Below are positions 13,970 through 26,084 of a DNA stretch of 64,000 nt, in pieces. Numbering within the stretch: position 1 is the stretch's first letter; every line of letters starts with the position of its first letter. Origin of the DNA: Eukaryota sp. GEM-RC1. Its lineage: Eukaryota. A program made the position numbers and the translations under genes. The stretch lies in the NCBI GenBank assembly GCA_040285855.1, contig JAUFOQ010000013.1, forward strand, positions 372,001-436,000, read 5' to 3'. The notes under the pieces are model-generated. The model saw nothing but the letters and a program-made list of their open reading frames with translations, made no database searches and was not told the origin of the DNA.

Positions 13970-14206
13970 CGGTAAAAGTGAATGATACTAATATATGGTT
14001 CAACTTGTTGAACCTTGTATCAATAGTGTTGAGACTATTGAATTTTTTTTTAACTAGGAAAATGAATGGTAGTTATTAAAATGAGTAAATTATAAAGTGT
14101 ATTTACTTTCTCTTTTCCAATGTTTTTTGTTCCACAAGAATCTCGTTAAAATTGTTTTAAAATTGAAAGCAATTCTTTCATCAACCTCAATGCCAAAGAA
14201 TACAAA

Positions 14207-15124
14207 ATGAATGGCCGTTTTAAGGAAATAGAAAGCATTGGTAATTTGGTATGTGACATCGATCCTGATCAAGCAGTTACGCATCCAGTTATGTTGGTCG
14301 AATACAATCGAAGATACAATCCATGTGTTAGATCTCATCTTTTTCTTCTAGATTATATGTTTTCAAATGAATTAATCAACTCAACTTTCCATCACGTTGA
14401 AATCATCAAAATTGGTAGAATCTACTGGCCCACAAATTCCGAAACCTGTAATATCGCTTGGGTATTTGATTATTTTGATACTATCAAATCAAGAATCATC
14501 GAACGTGATCGAGAACTTTGCGATTGCATGCAGCCCGATGCTGATCATTTGTCATACCCCATTGATTATCCCGTTCCCGCCGCCGACACTGAGACTCCTC
14601 TCGCCGCCGACACTGTTGAACCTCTCGCCGCCGCCACTGAGACTCTTCCTGCAGCCACTGAGACTCTTCCTGCAGCCACTGTTAAGACTCCTGCCGCCGC
14701 CTTTGGTAAATCAATGGAAACTTCTTGGTTGGGTGCTCCTAAGAGAGTTTTTAAACGAACCACTCCAATTAAGAAGACTGACACTCCCATTAAGAAGACT
14801 GGTGCCATCGCTGAGCTTCCCCCCACAGAAAACGATTTAGCTCGACCTGAACCGCCTAAGAGGAGTTATACCATACCATTCGAAAATCTCGTAGAACTCT
14901 CTCAATCCAAATTAAGACTTGTAGAATTTGAGGATCGTGATACGAAAACATCGGTAAATAAGAAGGAACACAAGCATTCTAGCAAAACTCTGGTAAGAGC
15001 TGCATTGGGGATGTTTATGAAACATCCTCAAATTGTAACTCCCAATGCAAGGCAAAAACGGATTGCTAATACGCCAAACCTCCTTTTTATTGAAACTAGA
15101 GAATCTATAGAACCATTCCGGTGA
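14207..15124 (+). CDS. Hypothetical island protein with 7-aa AA(D/A)TETP repeats
   Basis: 305-aa ORF; 21-nt tandem repeats at ~14578-14700. Confidence 0.55.
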   Translation: MNGRFKEIESIGNLVCDIDPDQAVTHPVMLVEYNRRYNPCVRSHLFLLDYMFSNELINSTFHHVEIIKIGRIYWPTNSETCNIAWVFDYFDTIKSRIIERDRELCDCMQPDADHLSYPIDYPVPAADTETPLAADTVEPLAAATETLPAATETLPAATVKTPAAAFGKSMETSWLGAPKRVFKRTTPIKKTDTPIKKTGAIAELPPTENDLARPEPPKRSYTIPFENLVELSQSKLRLVEFEDRDTKTSVNKKEHKHSSKTLVRAALGMFMKHPQIVTPNARQKRIANTPNLLFIETRESIEPFR

Positions 15125-15684
15125 TTATATTTTGCTTTGGAACATTTAACGCAAGATAGTTTCATGCCAGTTTTTCGCCCAATCGGGGAAGAACTATTAA
15201 GGGTAATTATATCGTTCAAAGATTATCATTCTTCATTACGGAACAGTTTTTTGATTAAAGGTGTACATTCATTATCTTTATTAAATCACCGCAGAATTCT
15301 AACGAAATTAGTTGGACGTTTTAACAACGTTTCAACAAGGAGGAAATAGAGGTGCATTTGCCCAACTTATAGAACCTAGTTCTGGACCCCTCTTCTCTTT
15401 CTTGGTCCCTTGAGCTCACAATTATGGACCCTTTTCTCTTCTTTCAAGGTCCCTGCTCATAATTCCGGACCCTTCACTTCTCTTCTCTTCTGGACCATCT
15501 TCCCTCTCTTTAGGTCCCAGGTCGCCTCACCAATCAGCAGAATCACAATGCCGAATCCTCCGAGCTGTTGTTCTCCTTTTCTCATACACAGTTGGTTGGC
15601 CCAGGCCACTTCTATGCTGGTTGGCCCAGGCCACCACATTTTGCGACTCGAACTTTCTTGTAAATTCTTCAGTTTTATTACTTT

Positions 15685-16290
15685 TTATATAAGAGTTTAT
15701 TTGCAACAATAAATTAATACATACTAATTCAGAAAATGAAAGAAGTAAAATTCTCCACATCAACACGAGAATTGTCCCTATACAACTTCGAATAAATGGA
15801 ACATAAATACTTGGGAATGCTTCTATAAAGAGCGAACATAATTCGATTAATCCATACAGCGCTATTAAACACCTTGCCATTAGAACGACATAAAAGACTA
15901 AAATCACTGAAAAACTTTAAACCGGCTGGACCAATATTACCAAAAATTGAAATGGCAAATGGAACAAATGAAAACTTAGAATATAGATTTTCATTAAGCT
16001 TCTGCAAAACATCTGCATAATTTGAACACTTTCGTTGTGTCAGCCTTTTCCAGATGACCATTCGAATCATTCAATATGGAGTCTTGGTAGACTTTTGCAA
16101 ACGGGTCAACTGTAGTAAAATCAACCACAACTTATTTTCACTATAATGTTTCAGAAGAGGTTCAATTTTACAACTATAATTGTAGGATTTGAACATTTCA
16201 TAAGTAACGTCACGAACACCGTTATGTAGAACAGATCGAAATTGCAAAAATTTCTTGCAACTAACAACATGACGAAATGTGGCTGTAGAA
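15685..16290 (-). mobile_element. 5'-truncated CRE-like (RLE) non-LTR retrotransposon, 3' portion
   Basis: Near-identical to 30748-31398 apart from a ~55-bp deletion; FVPFAISIFGNIG RLE tail; 12-bp TSD TTTTATTACTTT at 15673-15684 and 16291-16302. Confidence 0.85.
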
Positions 16291-16633
16291 TTTTATTACT
16301 TTATTTCTTTATTTAACGAGTGGTCGCTTCTAGAACTTTACCAGTTATTGTGTTTGTACCCCTTGTCTGCACGAAGAAGTTATGGAAGTTTAGGACTGTT
16401 TTGGATTTTTGGGAACCATCAATCGCCCAAACTTTCGTGTGAATTACAGTTCTTTTTATGGAGATTAACGTATAGAGATTCCATCGGATCTCATCTTCTG
16501 AGTTAACGCAGAAGAATACGTATATCTCCACCTTGGAAGGAAAACCATGAAACGCCATGCGATGATTTCAAATATCAATTGCATGCTGATCGTTTTTTTT
16601 TGTAAAAAGTGAATGATTCTAGTTAAAAATCAA

Positions 16634-18028
16634 ATGTTTATTATTTCATCTATCGATGTATTAAAACATAATGGTATTTTTAAAGTAGAAAAGAAAGATA
16701 ACAAATCATATTTATTCTGTGAAATTAAACCAGAAGAAACAGATTATTATAGTGAAGATATTGCAAAAGAGAATTTAGAAATAATTCTACCTTCATCAGT
16801 AGATAACATTATAACTAAAACATTGACATTGACTGATTATGAAACTTTTAAAGGACCAAAATTTATTCCCTTCATTAATTCATTTAATAATCCATTAGGG
16901 AAAGCAGTTACTTTCTACGATAAAAAAGTTCATGATGTTGATGATTCAGAATATGTAGAAGTTTTACAGCTTGTTAATAATTATGAAATTCCTAATACAT
17001 ATAAAGCTAGAATGGCTTTTCTGTTAGTTGCTAATTACACAACTCAAGTAGATATGTTTTATAGTTGTTCAGTGATATATTTCACTCATGTAAATCAAAC
17101 AGCAACATTAGGAGCAACTAATCCTACACACATAGGAAATAAAATTAATTCAAACTTAATTCACGTTCATCCAATTGAACGGGATGATAGATTTGATGAA
17201 ATATTAAGATTACTTTTCATATGGAGAAATGCCGCAAAAACATAAGAACAAATATCTAATGTTGTAAAACCTTTAATTGAAAAGATGTTTGTGTAATACA
17301 AAAATATTAAATTATCTAATAATGGAACATATACAGATGAAGATTCATTTGATCAATTCGTAAGGAATTATCTAGATGGAGTATTACAAAATGATGTAAC
17401 ACTTTTATCACTTCCTTTTTCTTTAAGATATGATATTGAAGGGATTCCAAATTACAAAGATTACACTAAAGATTTAACAACATGTGAACAAACACAAATG
17501 AAAGAAATCAATGATAAACATAATTTAGAGACTGACGATAGATTCGCTAAACATGCAGCTAGACACAATGTATTTAACTACTGTAAATCTGGATCTGTTT
17601 TAATTAGTAGAGTTGAGAAGAAAATAGCATCTTCTTTTATGGAATTAGTACAACTTTCCAAAATTAAATCAGTTAGTGGGGGAATTAAATGGCCTAGATA
17701 TGATGTAGATAATAACAGTTATGGAATGATGACTGTTGTTGATGAAAAAGGAATTGTGGATAGTATTATTTCAAATGATGAATCATTACCAAAAATTCAA
17801 TTAGAAGATTCTCAAACCTGGATTAGAAATATTGATGGATTGAATAATTCAATTGGTATTTTCTATCCAGGAGCAAAGTTTTCTCTTTTTCAAGGAGTAA
17901 CAAGTTCTCCACAATTTGGATCAGTTCAACTGTTCCATAAAATAAGTACTGAATCAGAAATTGTAGTATCACCTGAACAGCAAATGACTATAGAGAAATA
18001 CAAACAATTACTATTTCAGGATTGTTAG
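16634..18028 (+). pseudogene. ~465-aa island ORFan interrupted by two in-frame TAA
   Basis: ORFs 16613-17245 and 17498-18028 are in the same frame and joined by coding-like sequence with TAA at 17243 and ~17295. Confidence 0.6.
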
Positions 18029-18055
18029 TTAATCAATTATTTTGTATTGATTTAA

Positions 18056-18292
18056 ATGTTCGACATTGAATCTGATAGTGATTTCTTCTCTTCTTCTGAA
18101 GATGATGAAGAGCAAAATCCATATAATAAAAATCCACATTTCCCTAAAGTAATTTTCACAGGAAAACAAATGCCAGTTAATGAAGCTTGGGCTAGACAAG
18201 GAGTTCTATTTACTAATGATCAGAAATTAATAGATGAAATTATAGAAAAGAATGAAAGTATCCCAGTAGTAACTTTTAATGGAAAAAAATGA
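18056..18292 (+). CDS. Small acidic hypothetical protein (island)
   Basis: 78-aa ORF tightly packed between its neighbours. Confidence 0.45.
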   Translation: MFDIESDSDFFSSSEDDEEQNPYNKNPHFPKVIFTGKQMPVNEAWARQGVLFTNDQKLIDEIIEKNESIPVVTFNGKK

Positions 18293-18373
18293 ACCCACTA
18301 ATATATAAAAATATAAATCAACTATTAGATGAACCAATTGATTTCTCGAAAAATGATTTTTCGAGATATAGCA

Positions 18374-19036
18374 ATGAGGTTCCAAATAGTATCAGACATA
18401 CACTTTGAAATGAGAAGTAGTAAATTCATAATAAATAAAACATCAGATTATCTCTTTATTGCAGGAGATATAGGTAAATTAACTAATGATTTATTTAAAG
18501 AATTCTTTGAGACATTACCTAATTATAAAAATGTATTTATAGTCTTCGGAAATAGAGAATTATCAGATGGATTAACTATCGAACATTATAAGAGATATTT
18601 CTCTAAATTCAAGAACATGATTCTATTGCAGAATCAATCATATCAAGAAGGTAATTATTTAATTGTTGGATCTACTTTATTCTCTAAACCTGAAAGAAGT
18701 TTATTTTATAAGAAATCAGATTCAAGACAAATGAAGAATATTACTTATGAAAAGTTTTGTAGATTAAATAGAATAGCAAAGAATTTTATTTATCAATCAA
18801 TAAAGACAAATAAAAAAATAATAGTCTTAACACATTTTCCAACAATGAGATAACCAGCATTAAGTCAAGATCAAGCTTCATATTATTCTAATGATATGAA
18901 ATTAAATCATCCAAACTTAATAACCATTTCTGGTCACACTCACATTAATGAGATCTATGATAACCATATCATGAATCAAGTTGGTAAAAATGAGAATGAA
19001 ATTTCAGGTAATATCGATACTGTATTTCAATTCTAA
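18374..19036 (+). pseudogene. Calcineurin-like metallophosphoesterase
   Basis: SDIH, AGDIG, GNRE (for GNHE), LTHFP, SGHTH motifs; in-frame TAA at 18851. Confidence 0.85.
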
Positions 19037-19184
19037 TTTTTTTTTAAAGAAGTAAATAGAATCTTTAAAAATAATTTGGATTTTATTATTATTTTTTCTT
19101 GATTCTTTTTTTTTTAAAAAAGAAAATATTCATCCATAAGTGTTTAACATATAGTTTGAAGGAAAGTGATTTCTGAAGATCATA

Positions 19185-19427
19185 ATGACCGCTATCGAAA
19201 GTTTCGAAGTTGACAAACCTTTAATGACTTATGTAAAGTTTTTAATAATAAATAAACATACAGAAGATGATGAACACTTGTTTGAATACATCTATTCCTT
19301 TTTCAAAGACATATATATAAATGATAATACTGTATTATATAAATTGTCATGCATGTTTGTTGGTGTTGATATCGATGATATAATTGAAATTATTAATGAT
19401 GATGATAAAATGATATGTTTTTTCTAA
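19185..19427 (+). CDS. Hypothetical protein (island)
   Basis: 80-aa ORF preceded by GAAAGTGA. Confidence 0.45.
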   Translation: MTAIESFEVDKPLMTYVKFLIINKHTEDDEHLFEYIYSFFKDIYINDNTVLYKLSCMFVGVDIDDIIEIINDDDKMICFF

Positions 19428-19429
19428 AA

Positions 19430-19863
19430 ATGAAAGTCTATACAGATGGATCATCTATTAAATAAAGGAATGGAATGGAGCTTATGCTTATATTGTTGTT
19501 GAAAATGATAATGTTGTAAGCAGTAAAGTAGATTATATACCGGGAGCAACAAATTCGAGGGCAGAGATCTTAGGATTGTTAATGGGAATATCAGATCCTA
19601 TAGTTTCTGAGGCAACTGTCTATAGTGAATCAATGTATGTTGTTAACACTTATAATTCTTATATGGAAAAATGGGCTAAAAATAATTGGAAGAAATCTCA
19701 TAATAGAGATCCAGCTCATATTGATTTATGGAAAATAATATATCAATTACCAAGACATACTGTTAAGCATGTCAGCGCTCATACTTCAAATCCTAAAAAA
19801 TATAGTAATGAATATTAAAATGCTATAGTTGATAAGATGGCGAATGATTATCTAAAAAAATGA
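19430..19863 (+). pseudogene. Ribonuclease H1
   Basis: VYTDGS, TNSRAEI, VYSESMYVV, W..NNW, HIDLW, KHVSAH, NAIVDKMA; frameshift near 19465 and stop at 19816. Confidence 0.85.
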
Positions 19864-19883
19864 ATTAGACTATAAAATAAAAC

Positions 19884-20141
19884 ATGAACTGTGATAATAA
19901 GTTTTTAGATAATACAATTGTAGTAACAACTGATAAAGTAAAGAAAGGAATGATCACAAAATTTGAAGGTGCAGAAATAGTACATTCAAAACATATTACA
20001 GATCCAACAAACATAACGTATAAAGTAATAGAAGTGTCAAAAAGAGAAATGGGTTATCATGCAAAATGTTTAATGTATAAAGATCATAAATGTATTGTCC
20101 ATGAAGGGTATTACCATGTAGCATTAGTTTTTAAATATTGA
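19884..20141 (+). CDS. Hypothetical protein (island)
   Basis: 85-aa ORF preceded by AAAAATGA. Confidence 0.45.
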   Translation: MNCDNKFLDNTIVVTTDKVKKGMITKFEGAEIVHSKHITDPTNITYKVIEVSKREMGYHAKCLMYKDHKCIVHEGYYHVALVFKY

Positions 20142-20265
20142 GAAAAATGATTTTTTTAATATTGAACAGATGATGGATTAACGGGAACATCTGTTCTATT
20201 ATTTTTTTGTAGAAAAATGAACAAAGATATAAAAATGAATATTCATTTTTTGATTTCTTTCTCAA

Positions 20266-21150
20266 ATGCAACCCGATCCCGTATCTTCTGTCGCTCCTTC
20301 CTCTGACGCTAACCCTGTTGTCCTTGACATCAAGATAGCTGAAGATGATTTTGAAACAAATCTCAACGCAACCCCTATCAATCATTCCTCTGCTGAGGAG
20401 TTAATGCACGATAAGTCTTTTGACACCATAATTGATGGTGAGTCTTCTAAAGATTCCACTGTCGCCCCTCCAGATGAGTCTGTTTCAGATTCGTCTCCCA
20501 TAATTGAGTCAACTCGTTTTTCTGTTCCTTCCTTCTTGATGGGGGAGGATCTATTTGACAAGCTTGAGGAGGTTGTGGACGAGCCAACCGTTTTTGATTT
20601 AATCAGAGACGGTTTGGAGAGTCTTACCAACTTGAGTGTCGAACAGGTTACCGCCTTGGTCGACATGTTAAAACAGGAAAATAACGTTGATTCTTATAAC
20701 GTAGATGAATACTTAGGACTGATCAGTGCAGCGTTGGGTAGATGCAATCTCTATAATCTAACTCAACTGTATTTGGCTCGATGCAAATTGAGTCAGTTGG
20801 GCAGTTCCCAAAAACACACGAAGCCGTGGAATTTATTCCATCATACCTTTGTGTGGTTTCATTTACAACACCCCGCAGGATTTGGAGGAAAGCCTTCTTC
20901 GGAGCAAATCCGGGAATGTGGGCTGAATGCCATTTTCATGCAAGGTATAATGCGAAATCGTTTTATTACTGTAGCGAGATTTAGAAAATACCTGATTGAA
21001 TTAACAAATTCATTAATCAGGCGACTTATCCGTGACGGTCTTAATCCAACGATTAAGGATGATGCATACAGATTTGCTGAAGCAGCTCTAAACAGAATTC
21101 ACTCCGCAAGGGGCAGAATCGCTGTTAGAGAGGCTACGGCTCATTTATAA
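20266..21150 (+). CDS. Hypothetical 294-aa protein (island)
   Basis: Long intact ORF preceded by AAAAATGA motifs and followed by hairpins. Confidence 0.6.
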   Translation: MQPDPVSSVAPSSDANPVVLDIKIAEDDFETNLNATPINHSSAEELMHDKSFDTIIDGESSKDSTVAPPDESVSDSSPIIESTRFSVPSFLMGEDLFDKLEEVVDEPTVFDLIRDGLESLTNLSVEQVTALVDMLKQENNVDSYNVDEYLGLISAALGRCNLYNLTQLYLARCKLSQLGSSQKHTKPWNLFHHTFVWFHLQHPAGFGGKPSSEQIRECGLNAIFMQGIMRNRFITVARFRKYLIELTNSLIRRLIRDGLNPTIKDDAYRFAEAALNRIHSARGRIAVREATAHL

Positions 21151-21393
21151 TGTGCGGAAGCAATTCTGCGCACTTTTCATGTGGAAGTAATTCCGCATAC
21201 CTCCCATGGAATTCGTTCCATACCTTTTCGGCGATAGGGGTTATCTCGTAAGAGAGTTTGACTATCATTTTGTACAGAACCATGTATTTTTTTGTAAAAA
21301 AGTGAATGATACTTAATACAAAAGATGGATAACATTAAAGAAGCTATCGATACTACAAAATATACAAATGAAGAATTATATATGTTTCATAGA

Positions 21394-22638
21394 ATGCTTT
21401 CTACTTTAACACAGAAATGAATTTACGACAAGGGAAGTTCTGAATGGTGAAAAATTCCTTCCTCCATCGAATAGAACTACACATTAAGCAAGTATTTAAA
21501 TTAAATTAAATAAGACAATCTGAATACTAAAAATAATAATGGGTTTTAAAAGAAAAACATTGTAATAAAACATCAGATTGTCAAATAATTCAGTAAATAA
21601 CCCTCAATAACAATAACAAATACTCGTATACTCAACAATTAGAGCCAAGTAAACCAGTGATATCTTGTACAATGAGTATGTAGAATTTAATGGTAATTGA
21701 AGCAAAAACCAAGTATAATAAAGTGTACAGAACTCCTGATACTTCCCTGAAAACTAAAGTTCAAGAGAAAAAGCAGATACTCTAGGAAATAGCTATTCTA
21801 AGTGAAGTTAATGATTACTCTTGACACTGTAATGATTAAAAGTAAAATACTTCCAAGAATCCAAGAAAACGTGATCTTCAGAATAAGAAAGATGAGTTGG
21901 TATAATAGTAGATGACGTCACCAAGAAGAGATCCTAACGAGAACAATGTGAAGTTCAATGAGAGACGTGATGGAAAGACGACGAGTAGTTACGGCAGTGT
22001 AAAGAGGAGAAGAGAGCATGGAGGAGGAGATGAAGCTGACGTTAAGAGACACAAGGAGAGGTAGTAAAAGAATATCGGTAGATAGAACCATTAAGACGTT
22101 ACTACAGAACCAACACGACTAAAACGATGGTGCGGCAACCACAATGCTTTCAAAACAGCATTCTCTATTGAGAGAAGTGCTTAATAATAGTGAGAGAGAA
22201 TTCTCTTCCACTCACTCTCTTACATCCTCAAGTCGCCGTGAAAGATACTTTCAATGGTAGTACTGCGTTGCTTATAGGTCCTCTCCAATGTCTCTTACAT
22301 TTCCCCACATCCTCATTCCTTCTTTGGATTACATTCTCCCTTAGTATGAGGGTCTCGTTGACCGATCTTCCAACACATGAACAGTGAAGAGTCGAGGGTG
22401 TCTTACCGTTACTTTAAGGTTTCTCCTCGAGAGTCTGTCATTGTTTGAAATCTTGAAAAAAAGACTTGTAAGTTAGTCAACTCTGTCTATTTCTAACACC
22501 TCAAAACTGCAGTGTTTTTACGATTTATAGAGATGATTGTTATTATCTAACATCTGCTCACGTTTACACTTATCATTCAAAGTGGTAAAGTAATCAAATA
22601 TGACGTCTTGAACTCTCAGTCTTTTTGTAGTAAATGAC
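21394..22638. repeat. Left arm of ~1.24-kb inverted repeat
   Basis: Reverse complement aligns with 26085-27320, with scattered substitutions and indels. Confidence 0.9.
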
Positions 22639-23128
22639 ACAAGTTGCGTCACGTTGCATCACAAGTTTTTATGTGCCGTGAAGTTACACAGTATATTTTT
22701 GCATCACTGTTTGCGATGCGTCACGTCGACTTACCTAACAACGAGATTCTCTTAAATATAAACTTTATGCTTTTTGAAATGACCTAAATATATAACTAAA
22801 TATACAAAACACCAATACGACCAGAGCTTCTGTTTTGGATACGGAATAAACTTGATCAGAAAGGAACAACTATCTGAAATACATAGCACTTATTGATATG
22901 TTTGATAAGACCCAGGTACAAAAATTCCCATCTGACAAAAACTTAATACATGTCTACACCTTCTACACTTAGGGTTCTGGTCTAACCCTTCTAGATCTTT
23001 CTCATTTCCCTTATTGAAGCATACTTGATATTCAGGAAAAAATGAGAATATTTAAGGAGTATCTTTTAATGGAAAAGATGAACCCACCAATATTTGAAGA
23101 TATAAATCAATTGCAAGATGACCTAAAG

Positions 23129-25417
23129 CTGTGAACGCTAACACGTTATTTTTATTTCAATTTGATTTCATAGATAATCGTAGTTTGATCCATATTTTGT
23201 ACTGAATTCGTTAATGTCAAGTATCTGATATCTTCATTTCAACTTCATGGGATTTTGTCATTTTTGTATATATATAGATAACGCTTTGATGATTAGTTCT
23301 TGGGTTCAACTTACCAGGACCTCCAGTGGAAGAACACAAAAAATATATTGAAAGAACCCCAATTGAACAAATAAATTCAGTAACGTTATTTATTGTAAAT
23401 ACTTAAATACAAATACAAATATATACCCAGGCCCTGGCCGAACAAACAAGCAGTAACAAATATTGAAGCAAAAGATTCAAATCATTTCCTATACTCAGTG
23501 AAGTTAAACAAACAAAAGCAATGTTCCCTTGACTGCTCTCAATTTGAGAGTCTCAAACAAACAAAACTGATTGATTACAAATAATTGTATTGTTCTCCTT
23601 TCAATTTATGATCGATTTGGTAAGGATGCACTTTGGTTTCTCTCTGATTAAACAAATGGTTCAAAAAGAATTGTTTCACTGAGGTTTAGTTTTCTAATTT
23701 TAACCAACTGTTTATGTTCTATAATATGTCATGTTCAAATACAAAAATTATATCCTTTCGTAGTTTCATAATTTAAACCATTGTTGCAAAATATACGGAC
23801 AAAAACATAATACAATACAGAATACAAAAAATACAAAATACTGTATTAAGAGTATTTTTTTCATGTACAGTCAAAACTGTTTATAGCGGGACTATATGTA
23901 CCTACGCTATATAGAGTTTCACGCTATATAGAATAAACTCACTGTGCAGCTCCAATCTCAACAATGAGTGTTTATTTCAAGAAGATCTAGACAGAACAAC
24001 GTACGGGTCATTCAAATATCCATATCGTGGGCATAACTACATGGGATGGAGAAGGACGTATGGACAAGACTAGAATCTGGGTGGTAAATATTTTGAACGG
24101 AATTCAAGAAATCATCCAGATACGGAAATTCCGGTGGCGTAACTTCATTCTGTTCATTTTTGGACATGAAAGAGTGAAGAAGAGACATGATCATCTCGCT
24201 TAAACCTATGATGACATGATTCATCTTTCAAGCATCTGCCTAGGTCCGTTGTATAACATTCCCTCTGAGTAGTTAGAGTGATACATCTCCAAAGAATCTA
24301 GATTCTTCCATCGCTCCTTCTATTTCCCTATGAGTTTGGCTTTGTTCTTTAGCTTCTTGTTGGCTGTATATAGCTTCTTGTTGGTTCTCCCCACAAAGAC
24401 TATTCACTAAGGTTGTTTATCATAAATATATCTTCCGTCTACGTCTACGTGATAGCGTTAGTTTAGACCATGTGTTATGCTCTTCTAGGGAACTCTTTTG
24501 GAGAGTATGGAGGGTTGCTAGCTAAAAAAGTTCGTGTGGTATGTCAATCAACATCCTACAGGGTTTTGATGGAAGAGTTACATTTGTTAGAAGCTGTAAC
24601 ACCAAAGATAATCTGAAATGAGCAAGATGTGAAAGGGATGATGTTGACGAGGCAACTCAGACGGGGATGTCAGGGGTATCAAAGGAAATATGTCCGGTAT
24701 ATGTGAAGTCAAGAAAGAAGGTAATACACCTTCAAGTTGCTGATCCAAAGATGTTATCAGAATGAACGCCATCAATACGACAGTTAATTACCAAATAGAA
24801 CTACTGATAGAGGCGACAGACAGGATGTCATATGGGAAAAGAGGCGGAAAATGTCGGACCGTGAAAAGTGCACGCTATATAGAGTTTTACGCTATATAGA
24901 GTTTCACGCTATAAACAGTTTTGACTGAAATTGCAAATATTAAACTTTCAATTCTTTGGAATGAACAATATTCAGCGTTTCTCAATTTTTGTTACTTGAC
25001 TTTGATCGGTGTTTCACTTTTTAGTCATCTAGCATACGCCGTTGACGTACTACACTGGAACGTTTACAATATTCAGCAGACAATTGTACCAAATCTCCCC
25101 TAACACGTGTATACACGTGCAAACATGCGCAGCACGTGTTCAAATGTGGTAGGCGTTTGCGTTACAAGAATTATTTCGTGATTAACAGTTCAACGATTAA
25201 TTGATCATTTCTTCTACACGTACATCTCTATGATGCTGTTTTTCTGTGGGACTTTTCAAGTGACATTTATCATTTTTTATACAACAAAAGTAATTTACAT
25301 TTCTTTCAGAGATTGGTGTGTTACGTATCAGATGCAATTCATAACACTTGTTATTACGTATTAACACGTCTTAACACACGTGTAACGTGTCAGGTCTTTC
25401 TACGTTGGCATTCACTG
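23129..25417. mobile_element. Probable non-autonomous hAT element, related to the 57926-58259 MITE
   Basis: Left end CTGTGAACGCTAACACG; right end is CAGTGAATGCCAACG (reverse complement) with CACGTG-rich subterminal repeats; flanks ACCTAAAG/GCCTCAGG match only 5 of 8. Confidence 0.45.
23868..24927 (-). mobile_element. IS630-Tc1-mariner element remnant
   Basis: 21-bp TIR CAGTCAAAACTGTTTATAGCG, TA on the left flank, subterminal ACGCTATATAGA repeats, PPYSP DDE-motif remnant at ~24500 on the minus strand. Confidence 0.75.
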
Positions 25418-26084
25418 GCCTCAGGAAGTCTAAAGTTGTAAAACCTTTTTGGAAACATAACAAAATCATTTTGGTTGAAATGAATTCAAGTAGCTTTAAC
25501 ATTTGAAAAAATGAAAAATAGTCCACAGTTTTTCAAAAGAAAGATGATCAATTAAAGAACCAGAATCTTCAAATTTGATGTTTGAAATTCAAACAGAAGC
25601 TGGATCGGATTTAATAATGAACAATTAATCTTTGATTTTGGTATTATCAAATCTAGGTTTAATTTCACACTTAATTCTTAAATGTTCAATCTCAGGCACT
25701 TTATTCATATTTACTTCATCAAATTTCCCAGTGAATAAAGTCAATGAGTTTCCAACAATATTTTGTAATTCCTACATATTTGAACAATCAAAACAACAAA
25801 CACAAACACCTTTATTTGTTTTAAAGACATTGTCAAGTTTAAATACTAATTTCTCACTATATCTAGTCCATGCGAAGTTAATACAAATAACAACACTAAA
25901 TTATTGAGTAATTAAAACTTTGTATGTTGTTCTAACTATAATGTAAGAAAATATCATTGTTGATTGTATAACCTTTTGGTATAAGTAGAGTTAAGAGAAC
26001 TAGTAAACGTGTTATAACTCACCGGATGGAGAATAGATTTTGTTTCATGAAAACCTAAAACTCTAAGTGAATGTAAGAGAGAAT

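Larger units (their letters stand above)
13470..21420 (+). mobile_element. Endogenous giant-virus-like island, left arm
   Basis: Dense, intronless, AT-rich, mostly co-oriented ORFs (PNKP, metallophosphoesterase, RNase H, ORFans), most preceded by AAAA(A/G)TGA; in-frame stops; no hallmark capsid or polymerase gene seen. Confidence 0.65.

Noticed and set aside
16634..19863. In-frame TAA codons suggesting a TAA=Gln genetic code in the virus or host
   Set aside because: Island genes (PNKP, phosphoesterase, 294-aa ORF) and host histones terminate at TAA/TAG, and frameshifts and catalytic mutations co-occur, so decay explains the stops
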